DNA of 63,973 nucleotides, the filler included, from Diploschistes diacapsis (lineage: Eukaryota): NCBI GenBank assembly GCA_023645945.1. It is 6 parts of 6 records of this genome, joined end to end, with 100 filler letters (N's around TTAATTAATTAA, not from the genome) between each part and the next. Parts side by side here need not be neighbours in the genome. Positions count along the whole stretch, not along the records: positions 10,798 to 21,473 come from JALAIB010000902.1; positions 21,574 to 32,247 come from JALAIB010000903.1; 4 more parts are not named here. One strand, given 5' to 3'. Under the pieces are notes generated by a model. The model saw only the letters and a program-made list of their open reading frames with translations, ran no database searches and was not told the origin of the DNA. The translations under genes were made by a program, and so were the position numbers. Of the stretch, positions 11,576 to 23,199 are shown in pieces; the stretch's first letter is position 1; every line of letters starts with the position of its first letter.

Positions 11576-14191
11576 TCACCTCTTCCTCATCGAGTTCCTC
11601 GACCACAGCGCCGTCCTTGACGGTGCCTTCTCCCTTTCCCTCTCCCTCACCTCGCTCTTCCCCTCCGCCCCCTCATCCTTCTCCTCCTCCTCCACGGGCG
11701 CCGGGGTGCGGCGCTCAACCCTTCGTTTCGGCCTCCGTACCCGGCTCCGACTAAAATTACTCGCGCTATCATCCGGCGCAATCTCCGACATCCCATCGTC
11801 CATCCCATCGTCCGTGCCCCCGTCCTCACTATCCCACCCCCGCGCGCTGGCAGGCGTTCCCAGCCGCGCCTCCACCACGCCGGCCGCCGCGCCGCGCCGC
11901 GCCTGGCTCGCCATGCTCAGCCCGGCCCCGCGCTCGCGCAGCGCCCGCCGCACGCCCTCCGCGCTGACGTGCAGGCTCTCGAACGCGTCCTCGAGCGCCT
12001 CCATGCCCATGTGGATCTCGCGCTCGACCTCCGCGAGCACCGCGATCTCCGTCTCCTCGTCCATGGCGACTGGGGCGCCTGGGGCCGGGGTTGGGACCGA
12101 GAGGGGCGTTGGGCCGCGTGAGAGGAGGCGGCTGCCGCCCGGGCGCGAGGCGGTGCGGGACGGTGGCTGCGAGACGGGAGGGAGGGAGATCTCTTCGGCG
12201 CCGCTGCGGAGGAAGCCGTCGAAGCGGCCGGATATCAATATGTCCCATTCGCCGTCCGAGATGGCGGCGATGGTGGCGAGCACGTTATGCAGATGCTGGT
12301 TGTTGAGGAGGTAGATGGCGCATTCGGGGGCTCGAGGTGGGTTGATGAGGCGGTAGAGTCGCTGGAGGGCTAGGCTCATGCTGACGATGAGTTCGGACTT
12401 TGGCGCGTTGAGAGGGGTCTGGGCTCTAGCGTCGGGTTTAACGGAGGCTGGCCGGCTGCTTGCCACGCCCAGCAGATGGCTGAAGATTGGACGTCGTTCG
12501 GGCTCCAGGTGGGTGAGGATGGCGAAGGTCAGGGTGTCGTCGTCCGCATCCTCTGGAGCGTCAGTGTCTGCGTTTTGGCCAGCAAGCCAGCGATCGACCG
12601 ATTCCTTGGTTTTCTTCGACTGCCGGATGTAGTGCTCACGATACTGTTCTGGTACATCCATGTCCAGCTCTTGCATGGGCGTCCTGAGCTCCTCGCCACA
12701 GATGCCCAGGCCAACGGGCTCGTGATCGAGGACGAAGGGCGGCCATGCAGGAAGTTCTTTGCGCCCACTCACGTACTCCAGTATCTCGCCCCAGTTAATT
12801 CCTCTTTCATCGTCGAGGGTCATATTGTCCGGCGTGTCGCACATCATGCACGCACAAACTTCGGAAGAGATGTCTCTCGCGAAGACATTCTCCAACCGGT
12901 CGAGGAGCCGACGAGCAATCGATTTGTATCCCGTCGCTACCGCGACTGAGCCGTTCTTTGCCATCACTTTTTCATAGTCCTCAAGCACTTTGCTGAACGG
13001 AGCGAACAGCCTCTGGACATGGCTGGCCATGGCAGACGGATTTGGCAGTGAACCGACTACAAAAGGCGCAGATCGATCTGGTTCGGCTGCGCTGATGAAG
13101 CTTTTCGGGATGTTGTACGGTAGACCGCCATTTTGCACTAGATAGTCAACCCTCGGAGGCTGAAGCGGAGCTGGTGGTGGGGGCGGCGGTGGTGGCATGG
13201 GCGAGTCACCGTTCCCATTCAGCATCGTTGAGAGTGGGACCATGTACCCGGGTGTCTGCTTGCCTCCAGCCGGAAATGGGGTGCCTCTCGGTGTTGGCGT
13301 CTTCAGCGAGGAGTCCGACTCCGTCGTTGGCGAAGACTCATCGTCAGCATCGGGCGCAAAAGGCGTCTGCAGCTTTTGCCGAGTCGGCGTAATGGATGTA
13401 GAGTCGGAATTGACAGCGGAGGAAGTGTCAATCTTAGACGCTGGGGTTGAGCCAGAAGAGTACGACTGAGTATTCGAACGATTGCTTAAAGACGATGACG
13501 AGTCTTCCCCTGATGCGGGTCTGGGTCGACTGCGTGTTGGAGTGCCACTGTTCGAGCGATGGCCGCCATGAGGTCCCTCCGATCTCTTCACCGAGCTTAA
13601 AGGGCTCGCGCGGGATGGCATTTGAGTGCCCGACACCGCTCTGCTCTCCTTTCTTCCCCCGAGCCTGGCTCGCATGTCCTCGCCCTGTTTTTCCAATTTC
13701 CCTCGCTTTTCTTCGATCGTGGCGGCAGAGGACTCGGTCGCTGTCAATGGTGGACTTGGTGGGCCGTTGACGTTCACGGCCTGTGAATACATGCTATCCC
13801 TGTTCGCATTGCCATTTTTTGCAGGCGACATCTTGTCTTGTAGATCCGTCGGGTCAGGTGTAAAGATGTCCTTGCGAGGAGGCGTATCGATGCTCTCTTT
13901 GCTCCCTACCGCTTCCCGGCTGTGCTCTTTGGAGAACGATGGGTATGGAAGACTTATTCTGCTCCCATTGGGTGATGCCGAATTCGGTCGGCGACCAAGC
14001 TTGGGAATAGGCATTGAGGCTTTGCGTTTAGAGGTTGAAGCTGCCCGGAACGACTTTCGCTCTGACACCGGACTCCCGTCTCTAATTTCTTCTTTCTTTC
14101 TCTTAGCCCTAGAGGCTTTGTGTCTTCTTCGTTCCTTTCCTTCTGGGTTCGATTCGCGCTCCCGGAACCTATCACTGACCGTAGAGGGCAT
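11576..14191 (-). CDS. Conserved fungal hypothetical protein (871 aa; disordered S/P-rich N-terminus, conserved core)
   Basis: Single long intronless ORF. Core blocks (GSVAVATGYKSIARRLLDRLENVFARDISSE, WGEILEYVSG, EWDILISGRFDGFLRSG, MEALEDAFESLH) look conserved and globular. Confidence 0.85.
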   Translation of the reverse strand: MPSTVSDRFRERESNPEGKERRRHKASRAKRKKEEIRDGSPVSERKSFRAASTSKRKASMPIPKLGRRPNSASPNGSRISLPYPSFSKEHSREAVGSKESIDTPPRKDIFTPDPTDLQDKMSPAKNGNANRDSMYSQAVNVNGPPSPPLTATESSAATIEEKRGKLEKQGEDMRARLGGRKESRAVSGTQMPSRASPLSSVKRSEGPHGGHRSNSGTPTRSRPRPASGEDSSSSLSNRSNTQSYSSGSTPASKIDTSSAVNSDSTSITPTRQKLQTPFAPDADDESSPTTESDSSLKTPTPRGTPFPAGGKQTPGYMVPLSTMLNGNGDSPMPPPPPPPPAPLQPPRVDYLVQNGGLPYNIPKSFISAAEPDRSAPFVVGSLPNPSAMASHVQRLFAPFSKVLEDYEKVMAKNGSVAVATGYKSIARRLLDRLENVFARDISSEVCACMMCDTPDNMTLDDERGINWGEILEYVSGRKELPAWPPFVLDHEPVGLGICGEELRTPMQELDMDVPEQYREHYIRQSKKTKESVDRWLAGQNADTDAPEDADDDTLTFAILTHLEPERRPIFSHLLGVASSRPASVKPDARAQTPLNAPKSELIVSMSLALQRLYRLINPPRAPECAIYLLNNQHLHNVLATIAAISDGEWDILISGRFDGFLRSGAEEISLPPVSQPPSRTASRPGGSRLLSRGPTPLSVPTPAPGAPVAMDEETEIAVLAEVEREIHMGMEALEDAFESLHVSAEGVRRALRERGAGLSMASQARRGAAAGVVEARLGTPASARGWDSEDGGTDDGMDDGMSEIAPDDSASNFSRSRVRRPKRRVERRTPAPVEEEEKDEGAEGKSEVREREREKAPSRTALWSRNSMRKR

Positions 14192-15048
14192 GTTGAATAG
14201 CTTGTACTGTGATGAGTAGAGTGAGTCGAGCTTTGATTATGCGGGGGAGAGCGCTTGGCGGTAATGAACGACGCATTACTCGACCAGATCATATATGGGC
14301 CGCAAGAGGATCCACTGCTCGTATGTAGAGTCCACCGCAATAACGCCGCATCTGTACCTTGAGCTATGAACACCCAGACTCGTTCCGAGATAAAGGAGGC
14401 AGGGAGAAGGGCCTCAGGCTACCGAGAGGCGGTACACAGGTCCTGCTGCAATCAAAGTATCGTCCACCTGGTTCAGGAACCAGCGTACGTGATTCGACGA
14501 GTTGCTACTGCCTGTACATTGGGAGGATAGTAATCAGTTAATGGAAAAGAGTAGTATAGTGAGGCTTGAAAGGAGCAAGTTACAGTAAGGTAGGTAGGGT
14601 TGCAAAAGCCCGGTCAACTCGGCAGGAGGCGGTACGAAGTGCAAGTTGAGTTGTCGATGTTCAATCGAGGCGGGATCCAAGCATGTGATTGGCGGACTCG
14701 GTTGTGAGAAATTGAGACTCGAGTTATTATTGTAGTCATCCTAGTCATCCTAATCATTGCCCGATGCAAACTTTGGGTATAGATGCATCCAACGCCGTTA
14801 TTGGGCAACATCTAACGTCTTGCACGGCAGACCTTTTTATGTTCTGTTCTCTCAAGTAACTGGACCTATCTACTGCTTGCTTGCGCTCCTTTGAATATCT
14901 AACAGCATGCGGGGTATCATTAAATAAACAGAGTACGCCGCCAAATGGAAAGTCATGCGCTATTTTGAGTGATTGGATTCCCAACCCAGTCAAGATCGTT
15001 CCCTTAGATTTGGTTGAGTCTCCAGATGCGAGAATGATTCCATAAATC

Positions 15049-16365
15049 TCAGGCTTTCCGAACCGTGTGAGAATGTGATAAGACCTGGATCATGTTGTCC
15101 CCTTCCAGCATCGAGATAGCTTCATCTACAAACTCTCCGTCCTCTTTGGCTGATTTTTGGTACACGTTCTGTACCCGATCTTGTGTTCCACCCCCACATC
15201 TCTGACCACATGTTGAGCCGATACCATGTCCAGCCTGACTGTGTTGCACAGTGCAAGCTGCTTGGCTATCATTATCCGCTTCGGCTGAATTCAAGCTGGG
15301 CTGCATATCCTCAGTAATCGAAGGGTCCGAAAGCCAGGGGTTCCTGTAGCCTTTGAAGAAGTTGAGCTTCCCCTGCTCCATCTTCTTTATAATTTCTACT
15401 CCAACCTTTGTCTTCTGCCCTGTGGTGGAGTCCCACAAGTAGCCTTGCCGTAGCCATCGCCATCTGATATATGCTGTCAACTCTTTGTCTTTGGGCAGAA
15501 CTCTTGTCCATTCTTGCTGCTTTTCTTCGCGCATACTTGTAGGCGAGTCAAGGTCGCCTAGTTCAGAAGAGACACCCCGGAGCTTATCTCGGCAGAATAT
15601 GCGCCAGCTGTCCAGTGCGTAATTACCAACTGTGGGTAGGTGGGCGATCTCCCAGGCAACTCGAGGGTCGCCATCAGCAATTGGCTCGTTACCGACATCT
15701 TTGCCATCGTGCGGGCCTGGGTAATGCAGGCGACGGAAACGTTTGCCCACCTTGGGAGGATTCAACAGCCATTCACGACCTAGCTTAATGAGCTTTTGGG
15801 CGCGTTTGTTGTGAAGCCCGAGAGGACGGATGAAGTCGGTAAGCTCTTCACACTTGGCATTGGCGAATGCTGAAGGTGTAGAATATGCTACAAACAATCT
15901 TTCGCAGAGGGGAAGAGAAACTGCACCCTTGGTCTTGTTGAGAAAGAGGACGACTACCAAGAGCTTAAAAGCATCGCCTGCGAAGCGCTCTTGGGCCAAA
16001 CCGAAGCAAGTAGCATTTAGAGGTGGAAACCTGACAGACGACACTTTTTCTTTGCTCGCAGAATCGAAGAAATCTGACGAGTGTGCTGTGGTTTTCTTGC
16101 GCGGGCTTGCATCCAGGATAGCCTTAGAACGATCGGCCAAAGTCTTTCTTGCAGAAACGAGGTTCTCTTGGGAGATACCATCCGATGAGTTGCTTGAAAC
16201 AGAAGCTGATATGTCGAGAGGAAGAAATGGCTGTGGGGGCGTTTTAGAATGCGACTCTAGGAGGTTGTCGAATCTAATCAAGTTCGTGCAGATTACTTTG
16301 CGGTCTTTGTCACTCGACAACTCCTCATTAACAGCAGTCACTCTGCTAGAATCATTGGAGATCAA
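15049..16365 (-). CDS. MBD4-like HhH-GPD DNA glycosylase domain (C-terminal part of a split gene; no ATG near its 5' end)
   Basis: FGLAQERF..FKLLVVVLFLNKT, IRPLGLHNKRAQKL, HLPTVGNYALDSWRIFC (HhH plus catalytic Asp, cf. MBD4 GKYGNDSYRIFC) and DKELTAYIRWRW. Confidence 0.85.
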   Translation of the reverse strand: MISNDSSRVTAVNEELSSDKDRKVICTNLIRFDNLLESHSKTPPQPFLPLDISASVSSNSSDGISQENLVSARKTLADRSKAILDASPRKKTTAHSSDFFDSASKEKVSSVRFPPLNATCFGLAQERFAGDAFKLLVVVLFLNKTKGAVSLPLCERLFVAYSTPSAFANAKCEELTDFIRPLGLHNKRAQKLIKLGREWLLNPPKVGKRFRRLHYPGPHDGKDVGNEPIADGDPRVAWEIAHLPTVGNYALDSWRIFCRDKLRGVSSELGDLDSPTSMREEKQQEWTRVLPKDKELTAYIRWRWLRQGYLWDSTTGQKTKVGVEIIKKMEQGKLNFFKGYRNPWLSDPSITEDMQPSLNSAEADNDSQAACTVQHSQAGHGIGSTCGQRCGGGTQDRVQNVYQKSAKEDGEFVDEAISMLEGDNMIQVLSHSHTVRKA

Positions 16366-17993
16366 AAATCCGTGCCCTGAGTCGAATGTCCACTCAGCAG
16401 TGAAGCCCGATGAGCCCCCTTCTTTGCGCTGCTTTTTCCTACTTGATCACCGGAAGACTTCCGTTTCTTTTTTTCCTTCTTTAGTGAATCGGCCTCATTT
16501 CCTCTATTGGGAGTCTCTAGAAGGGCGCTCGTGCTCTTCCTTTTCTTGTCTTTCTTCTTCCGGTGCTCCGATGCCTCGTGATCATATGGAGCGTCGCCAT
16601 TGTGGTCTTGACTCTTCCTACTCTTCTTGTGCTTCGTAGGAGAAACAAAACCCTCAGAGAAGTGCGTCAGTTCAAAATCTTTCCTCAAAGCTTTTTGACC
16701 AGCAGACATTGATTTCAAATTCGACTTTTCTTTGCTTCCCTCTTCCGCAGGCTCCACAGTACCTGAATTAGGCGAATCGCCGTGTGACACGAGCTGAGTC
16801 CAGAACTGCCTGCGTTTCTCCATCTCCGCCTGCTTCTCAATGTCTTTCTTCTTCTGATCTTCCTTTTCTTTCTCTTTCGACACTGGATCTGTACTTGCTG
16901 CCCCTTTCGTCTTTCTAGTCTCAGACTCAGATCCAGACATCTTTTTGATATGGTCGAAAAGGTTTTGGAAATAGTTTGGGACACTCGCTTCTGGTTTTTT
17001 GTATTCTACAGATGAAACGATTTCGGGCCCCTGCGCAACTTTCCTCTCGCGTAGTGAGTATCTAGGTTGAGCTTCGGAAGTATCCTGGGCATTTCCTTTG
17101 GGCTCCGCCTCTTCTTTTGAAGCTGACGTACGGCTGCTTTTACCCCTGGCTCTTCTTTCTTCCTTCGCGGCTCGCTTTGCAGCTTTCCCCACAGCTTTGG
17201 CCGCTTTGCGGGCTCTCCTCTTCTCTTGAATGGTGGTCTCAGGTCCAACAGATGATTCTTCATTCCCCCCCAATTTAGCTTTAATGTTAGGGGTCGAGGC
17301 CTGCTCTAGCACGTCGGGTTTACCAGTCAATCGTGCAGCTTCTTCTTGTGGTACTGAAAGTGATTCACTAAGATGAACGTCCGAATCTTGTTTTCTGCGT
17401 CTCTTAGGACTGTTGGGAGCAGTAGGAGCGTCGAGCTCATCAAAGAACTTGCGCTTAGATGGACTTTGAGATGCTTGGTCGGGGCTTGCATTAAGATTTC
17501 CGGAGGCGTGATGTGTTGAAGGCTTGCGCTCTGGAAGTGCATTGTCTTTATCGCCATCTGCAGCTTTAGGTGTATTGTTCGAGGTCTTTGCATTCAGCGT
17601 CTGTATGATCGTTTGCGAGTTGTCGACCTCATTCTCAAAAGCCGAATCATTACCGTCATCTCTGTGCTTACCGCAACGCCGGCGCGCCTTCACAACTCGC
17701 TTCCGAGCATCCTTTGGGGAGAGACCTAGAGCGCGAGCATAGTCGTAGACGTCGCGCTCGAATGCTCTACGTTTTGAGGTCGTGAACGGCTCCGATAAAG
17801 ATTGCAAAAAGGGATGATGCGCGACGTAATGTTTGATGGTCTCTGACCTGCCTTTCCCACAATTTGGCGTGCTAGAGCCACCGTTCGCTAGTGCATGGTC
17901 AATTCATGTACAACGAGCGTGAGGTTCTTGGTCAAGAGCAACTTACTCAAAGCGATATCCATCCTCATCAAAAGGTCGTCCAATTTTTTGCGA
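16362..17993 (-). CDS. Lys-rich N-terminal part of the MBD4-like gene (or separate upstream ORF); start exon not resolved
   Basis: Long ORF with HHPFL..PFTTSKRRAFERDVYDYARALGLS block and many basic NLS-like tracts. Intron 17946-17848 (GTAAGT..CAG) adds exon 17993-17947 in frame. Ends at TGA 16364-16362, overlapping the glycosylase frame. Confidence 0.7.
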
Positions 17994-18807
17994 CTGTTAC
18001 ACTAACCGATCATAGCCGATGAGGTTAAGACATGAGAAATCTTTAGGTCGGGTTGCCGAAACAAGTTTAAATTTTTTTCAGCCCCTTAGATTACTTTGAT
18101 GGTATTGATAGTAGCAACATGGCTTTATCCTGATGGCAAAATGATGTTGATTAATGATCATGAAAATTTCAGAAGCGCGTCGTTTACGTGTTTTGGTAAA
18201 GACCAACAATACTATTGAAACTAGAACTGATATGTATATATATATGCGAGACCACAGAAACAGACCACCACACTTTGCTCTGCACCCTCTTCATACAAAC
18301 TCTGTAGGGCTGACAGTTAATTGGCGTACACGCTAAGGCTTGTATTTGCGTTTCCTCAAGTCATTTTAAGTGTCTTCCTGTCTTTTGAATCCACCTCTTT
18401 TCGATCCATATAGATGCATCCGAGTGTGTACGCTTTGTAACGCAATGTGGGCTTGTATTATGGACATAAGATACAGACAAAATTGTTATGGGAACTATTT
18501 GTGAGCTACACGGTAATGCTCCTGAGTCAAACAGTGACTCCTTCAAAACGTATTGGCCTGAGTCATCCATATTTGCCTCTTTCTTGTAGAACCGCACCGA
18601 ATTTCCTTAATAACAGAGTAACGCCACTTGGGAATTTTTCATATTGCATTGGAATTCTGGTGTCTTTAAATCGTTCGGCCAGTCTCATTGAGCGCCCTCC
18701 TGTTGTCCATCTGGTTAACAAGGAACAAAAGGGTCTTCCATTTTTCTATTTTCAGCTTCCCTCATCCATCAAACTGAAGCCCTGCCAAGCATTCCGGCGG
18801 CGATATC

Positions 18808-21473
18808 ATGGAAGCAACGGCCAGCTCTCATGTGCCTTCGCCTCAATCCAGAGGCAATCCAAATAGAGGAACTCGCTCTCGAGGAAGAGGCTTGCGAGGA
18901 GGGTTTCGCGGTCATCGGGGCCGACAGCATCCAGCGCCACCTCGCTCTTATTTACAAGCCGATGCTCCTGAATTCGTGCCTGGCCAACCTCATCAGCAAA
19001 GCTCTCGTCAGCCACGGCATCAAAATGCGCGCTCTCGCCAACCTCAGACTGGATCGAAATCCACAGCTCCCGATATCGCCACAAGGACCCACGAAGACAT
19101 TGATCGTGGATTCTACGAGTGCCCAATATGTACGAGTGAAGTCCTACGCAATTCAAAGATCTGGTCATGCAAGACCTGCTGGACCGTATTCCACTTGAGC
19201 TGCATCAAGAAGTGGTCGGAAAATGAAGGTTCCACTCTGGCCCAGCAGCGGGCGGCGGAAGATGGCGAACTTCCGCCACCCAGACAGTGGAGGTGTCCCG
19301 GCTGCAACCTACCAAAGAACGTTCTACCCTCGACATACTCATGCTGGTGCGAGAAGGAAATGGACCCACGCTCAACGGTGGGCCTCCCACCTCATTCTTG
19401 CGGCCAAACTTGTGGCAAGCAAAGGCCGTTACCCAAGAAATGCCCACATCCTTGCGAGTCGCTCTGCCACGCTGGCCCTTGCTCACCATGTCCACATATG
19501 GGACCTACGCAGATCTGCTTCTGCGGCAAGAATGCCTCTACTCAACGATGCGTTGAGACCAACTACGACACTGGGTGGAGTTGCGGGGAGATCTGTGGTG
19601 ATCTGTTACCATGCGGCGAACACGCCTGTTCACGGCCATGCCATGAGGGTCTATGTGGAGCATGCGAGGTACCGATAATAGCCCGATGTTATTGTGGAAA
19701 GGTGACCAAGGATATCATATGTTCGGACAAGGCAGACGAGAAGGCTAGTCGAAAGCAAGTGGTATCCGAAAGTGGAGAGGTCACAGTGGATTCGTGGGGT
19801 GGCGTGTTCAATTGCAGGCAGAACTGCGGTCGTTTATTTGATTGTGGTAAGCATCCTTGCGAGCGTCTCTGCCATGCTCAGGATCTCCAACCGCCACACT
19901 GTCCGCGATCTCCCGACGTGGTCAAGTTCTGCACCTGTGGTAAGACACCGCTAACCAACCTCTCCATTGCCCCACGCCAGTCCTGCGAGGACTCAATTCC
20001 CAACTGTACCAGGGAGTGTTCGAAGCGTCTACCTTGCGGGCACACCTGCGAGAAGATCTGTCACTCTGGAGAGTGTCCGCCCTGTCTAGAGAGAGTGGAT
20101 GTATCCTGTCGCTGTGGACGCACTTCATCGCGATCGATGTGTCTCCAGGGCATGGGGGAGCCTCCACAGTGTATGCGAGTGTGCAGGGCTACGCTGAACT
20201 GCGGTCGACATACTTGCGAAGAACGGTGCTGTGCTGGCGAACGCAAAGCCGTCGAGCGGCAAGCTACGAAACGAAAGCTACGTCCGCTGGGGGCTGCTCC
20301 TAGAGCACTCGACGAGAATTTCGAAGCCGAACACATTTGCACTCGGCCATGCGGCAGGAACTTGAAGTGTGGAAATCACGTCTGTCAGGAGCTCTGCCAT
20401 AAAGGTCCTTGCGGTAGTTGTCGCGAAGCCATATTCGACGACTTGAGCTGCCACTGTGGCCGAACCGTTCTCCAGCCTCCTTTACCCTGTGGCACCAAAC
20501 CGCCGCCCTGCCGCTTCAACTGCGAACGTATCAAACCCTGCCGCCACGACCAAGTCCCCCACAACTGCCACGATGACTCCGAGCCTTGTCCAAAGTGTCC
20601 CTTCCTCGTCACCAAGCTGTGTATGTGTGGTAAGAAGACGCTCAAGAACCAACCCTGCTTCCTGGCGGACGTCCGTTGCGGGGAGGTCTGCGGGCAAAAA
20701 CTCCGCTGCGGCTCGCATACCTGCCAGAAGCAGTGTCACCGACCCGGCGACTGCGAAGACGCAACTGGCCCATGCATGCAGCCTTGCGGTAAGCCAAAGA
20801 GGTGCTGCGGTCACCCCTGCGAAGACAGGTGCCACGCGCCGTCGGCATGCAAAGAAGACAAACCCTGCACCCACAAGCTTCTCATAACATGTGACTGCCA
20901 GCATCTAAAGACGGAAACCAAATGCCTGGCCTCCCGCAACAACGAAGGCAACACCAAGAAAACTCTGAAGTGCGACGACGAGTGCGCCCGCCTCGAGCGC
21001 AACCGCAGGCTCGCGCTAGCTCTTAACATCGATCCAGAGACCCACAAAGACGACCATGTCCCCTACTCATCCGCCACGCTACGACTATACGTCCAGAACC
21101 CGACATGGTCGGCGCCCCACGAGCGCGAGTTCCGCATCTTCGCTGCCGACGACGCAGCAAAGCGATTGCGATTCAAGCCAATGCAGAAACAACACCGCGC
21201 CTTCCTACACAATCTCGCCCAAGACTTTGGCTTGGACAGCGAGAGCCTAGACCCAGAACCCCACCGGCACGTCTGCATCTTCAAAACCCCCCGATTCGTC
21301 GCCGCTCCAATGAAGACGCTGGCCGAGTGCATGCGCATTGTCAGCCCCATCCTCCTCACCTCCGGCGTCCCCGCCACCAAACCATCCACCACAATCGCAC
21401 CACCACAACTACCACAGCCACCACAACAACAGCAGCCCCAACCACAACCCCCCTTCAACGCCCTCCTCCTCCC
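18808..21473 (+). CDS. NF-X1-type zinc finger protein with RING/PHD-like finger and R3H domain (FAP1/NFX1-like); 3' truncated by contig end
   Basis: YECPICT..WSCKTCWTVFHLSCI..WRCPGC finger, many CGxHxCxxxCHxGxCxxC NF-X1 repeats, and R3H motif FKPMQKQHRAFLHNLAQDFGLDSESLDPEPHRHV. Confidence 0.93.
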
Positions 21474-21573
21474 NNNNNNNNNNNNNNNNNNNNNNNNNNN
21501 NNNNNNNNNNNNNNNNNTTAATTAATTAANNNNNNNNNNNNNNNNNNNNNNNNNNNNNNNNNNNNNNNNNNNN
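21474..21573. other. Artificial contig linker
   Basis: N44-TTAATTAATTAA-N44. Confidence 0.97.
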
Positions 21574-22103
21574 AAATAATACGGATTTAATTATCGATAA
21601 CGGTCGCCCGGTTATATTACCAATAACACTTATTCTTAAGAATATTCAAATGTTATAATCTCTATCTATATAAGATATACACGAATAAAATCAAAGTGAG
21701 TTTAATCTCTATTAGAAAAAAAATATAATAAAAATAAAAATAAAATAATCATAAATCTTAAATTATCTCTAAAAAGAAAGCTCTAAAATAATAAAAATAA
21801 CGAATATAAATTAATCCCGAATAATAACTTAAGATATCTATAAAAATAAACACGCCCTAAACTTATAAAGACCATAACGACGTTTTTATATAATTAATAG
21901 TTCCTTTAATAAAATAAATAAATAAATAAATAAAATTACCGTTCTTTTTTTCTATTTACGACTAAATAAAATAATCTCCTAGACCTTTTACCCATCACGT
22001 GACTTACGTCATCCTGATTAGACTATATACAAGGAATGGTTGGGAAGTGCCCGACTAACTATTACGTGCCAAGTACTACCGACTAGTACCTTGGATCGTA
22101 ACA
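21574..22103 (-). mobile_element. RIP-degraded LTR-retrotransposon terminus (gypsy-like LTR beginning TGTTACGATCCA on minus strand)
   Basis: AT-rich and TpA-enriched. Ends in TGGATCGTAACA, as does the relic at 32695, and shares an internal block (cgaatat...atcccgaataataa..taagatat.tataaaaat) with about 32385-32430. Confidence 0.65.
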
Positions 22104-22299
22104 ATAAGGAGGTCTGTTAGGTAGCTCTAGACAATCAATACATCCTATATTTCATAAATGTCTTACCTAAGTATGCTGTTGACTACGAGATCACACTACA
22201 TTCCCTTACTACACCACCTGCGACTACCTACCTACTACAGCAAGGGAAGTCTCCCTAGACAGCGCGCCTTGTGTTAATACGAGTTGGATCTCTTTCTCG

Positions 22300-22922
22300 T
22301 TTATATTCTAAATATTTTTAAAAATAACGTCGTACTAGACGCGAAATTCTTAAAAACGTTTTAAAAACGGGCGTAAAATTCTCGACGCCGCGACGTCGGC
22401 TTTCTTATTTAAAATAAAGTTACTTTAAACTGTATTTAACTCTAAATATCTTTTTAAGAAACGCTGCGGTTAGTGACGGTTTAATTAACGCTAGTTATTA
22501 GGCTCGAAAGCATTCTAGATCTCCGCCGTTAAATTTTTAAATATTATAATAGAAATAGAAAATCTTTCGGTTTATAAACGTTTCATATACCTCGCGAGGA
22601 TATTCTCTTAGTTAATAAATAAAAATTGCTACGTTTTATACTTAATAGATTTTTTAAAGCGGCCATTAAGCTTATCGAAGAAGAAGGAAAAAAGGACATT
22701 ATTACGCCGAGCGATTTTACGAAGCGATAGTAAAAAAAATCGAATTTTCGCTTCGATGAAAGCATTTTCCATCATCGAGAGTATCTAGGATTAAATTAAC
22801 AAAAAATAAAAAATTTTTTGGAGCTTATAATGGATGAAAAAGGGGAGGGCATTTTGGGTGTAAAAAGCGCTTATGGATGATCGGTTACTAGGGTCCGCTC
22901 GGTTACTAGGGGCAACACTCTA
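22300..22922 (-). mobile_element. Fot1/pogo-like DNA transposon 5' fragment, RIP-degraded
   Basis: Terminus GAGTGTTGCCCCTAGTAACCGAGCGGACCCTAGTAACCGA has a duplicated GTAACCGA motif as in the Fot1 TIR. The minus strand carries stop-riddled HTH-CENPB-like remnants (KNLTAEI...AFLKRYLEL). Confidence 0.6.
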
Positions 22923-23199
22923 CTTTGCCGCCGGTGGTCGCGGTGTGGTTGTAGAGCATCCCCCCATGTCTTCCCATAAGGTTTTGGTCGCTTCGCTTCC
23001 ACAAATGACTATGCAACCCAAGGCCCATCACCATATGTGCAGCTCTGGCTCTCTTGCTCTGAATGGAGCGCTTTTGATTTATAAGTCACTGTGGCCCTCT
23101 GAAATCTGCAAGATTCATGAGCCCGTCTTGCATTTATCTCCACCCTACCAAAATCACTACCTGGACTCACAGTAGACTGAACAGTGAACAGTCATCGGG

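Noticed and set aside
11647..14219. Long antisense or alternate-frame ORFs over GC-rich genes (also 15830-16639, 30958-31434, 35206-35838, 37084-37650)
   Set aside because: Shadow ORFs caused by codon bias of the real gene; no motifs.
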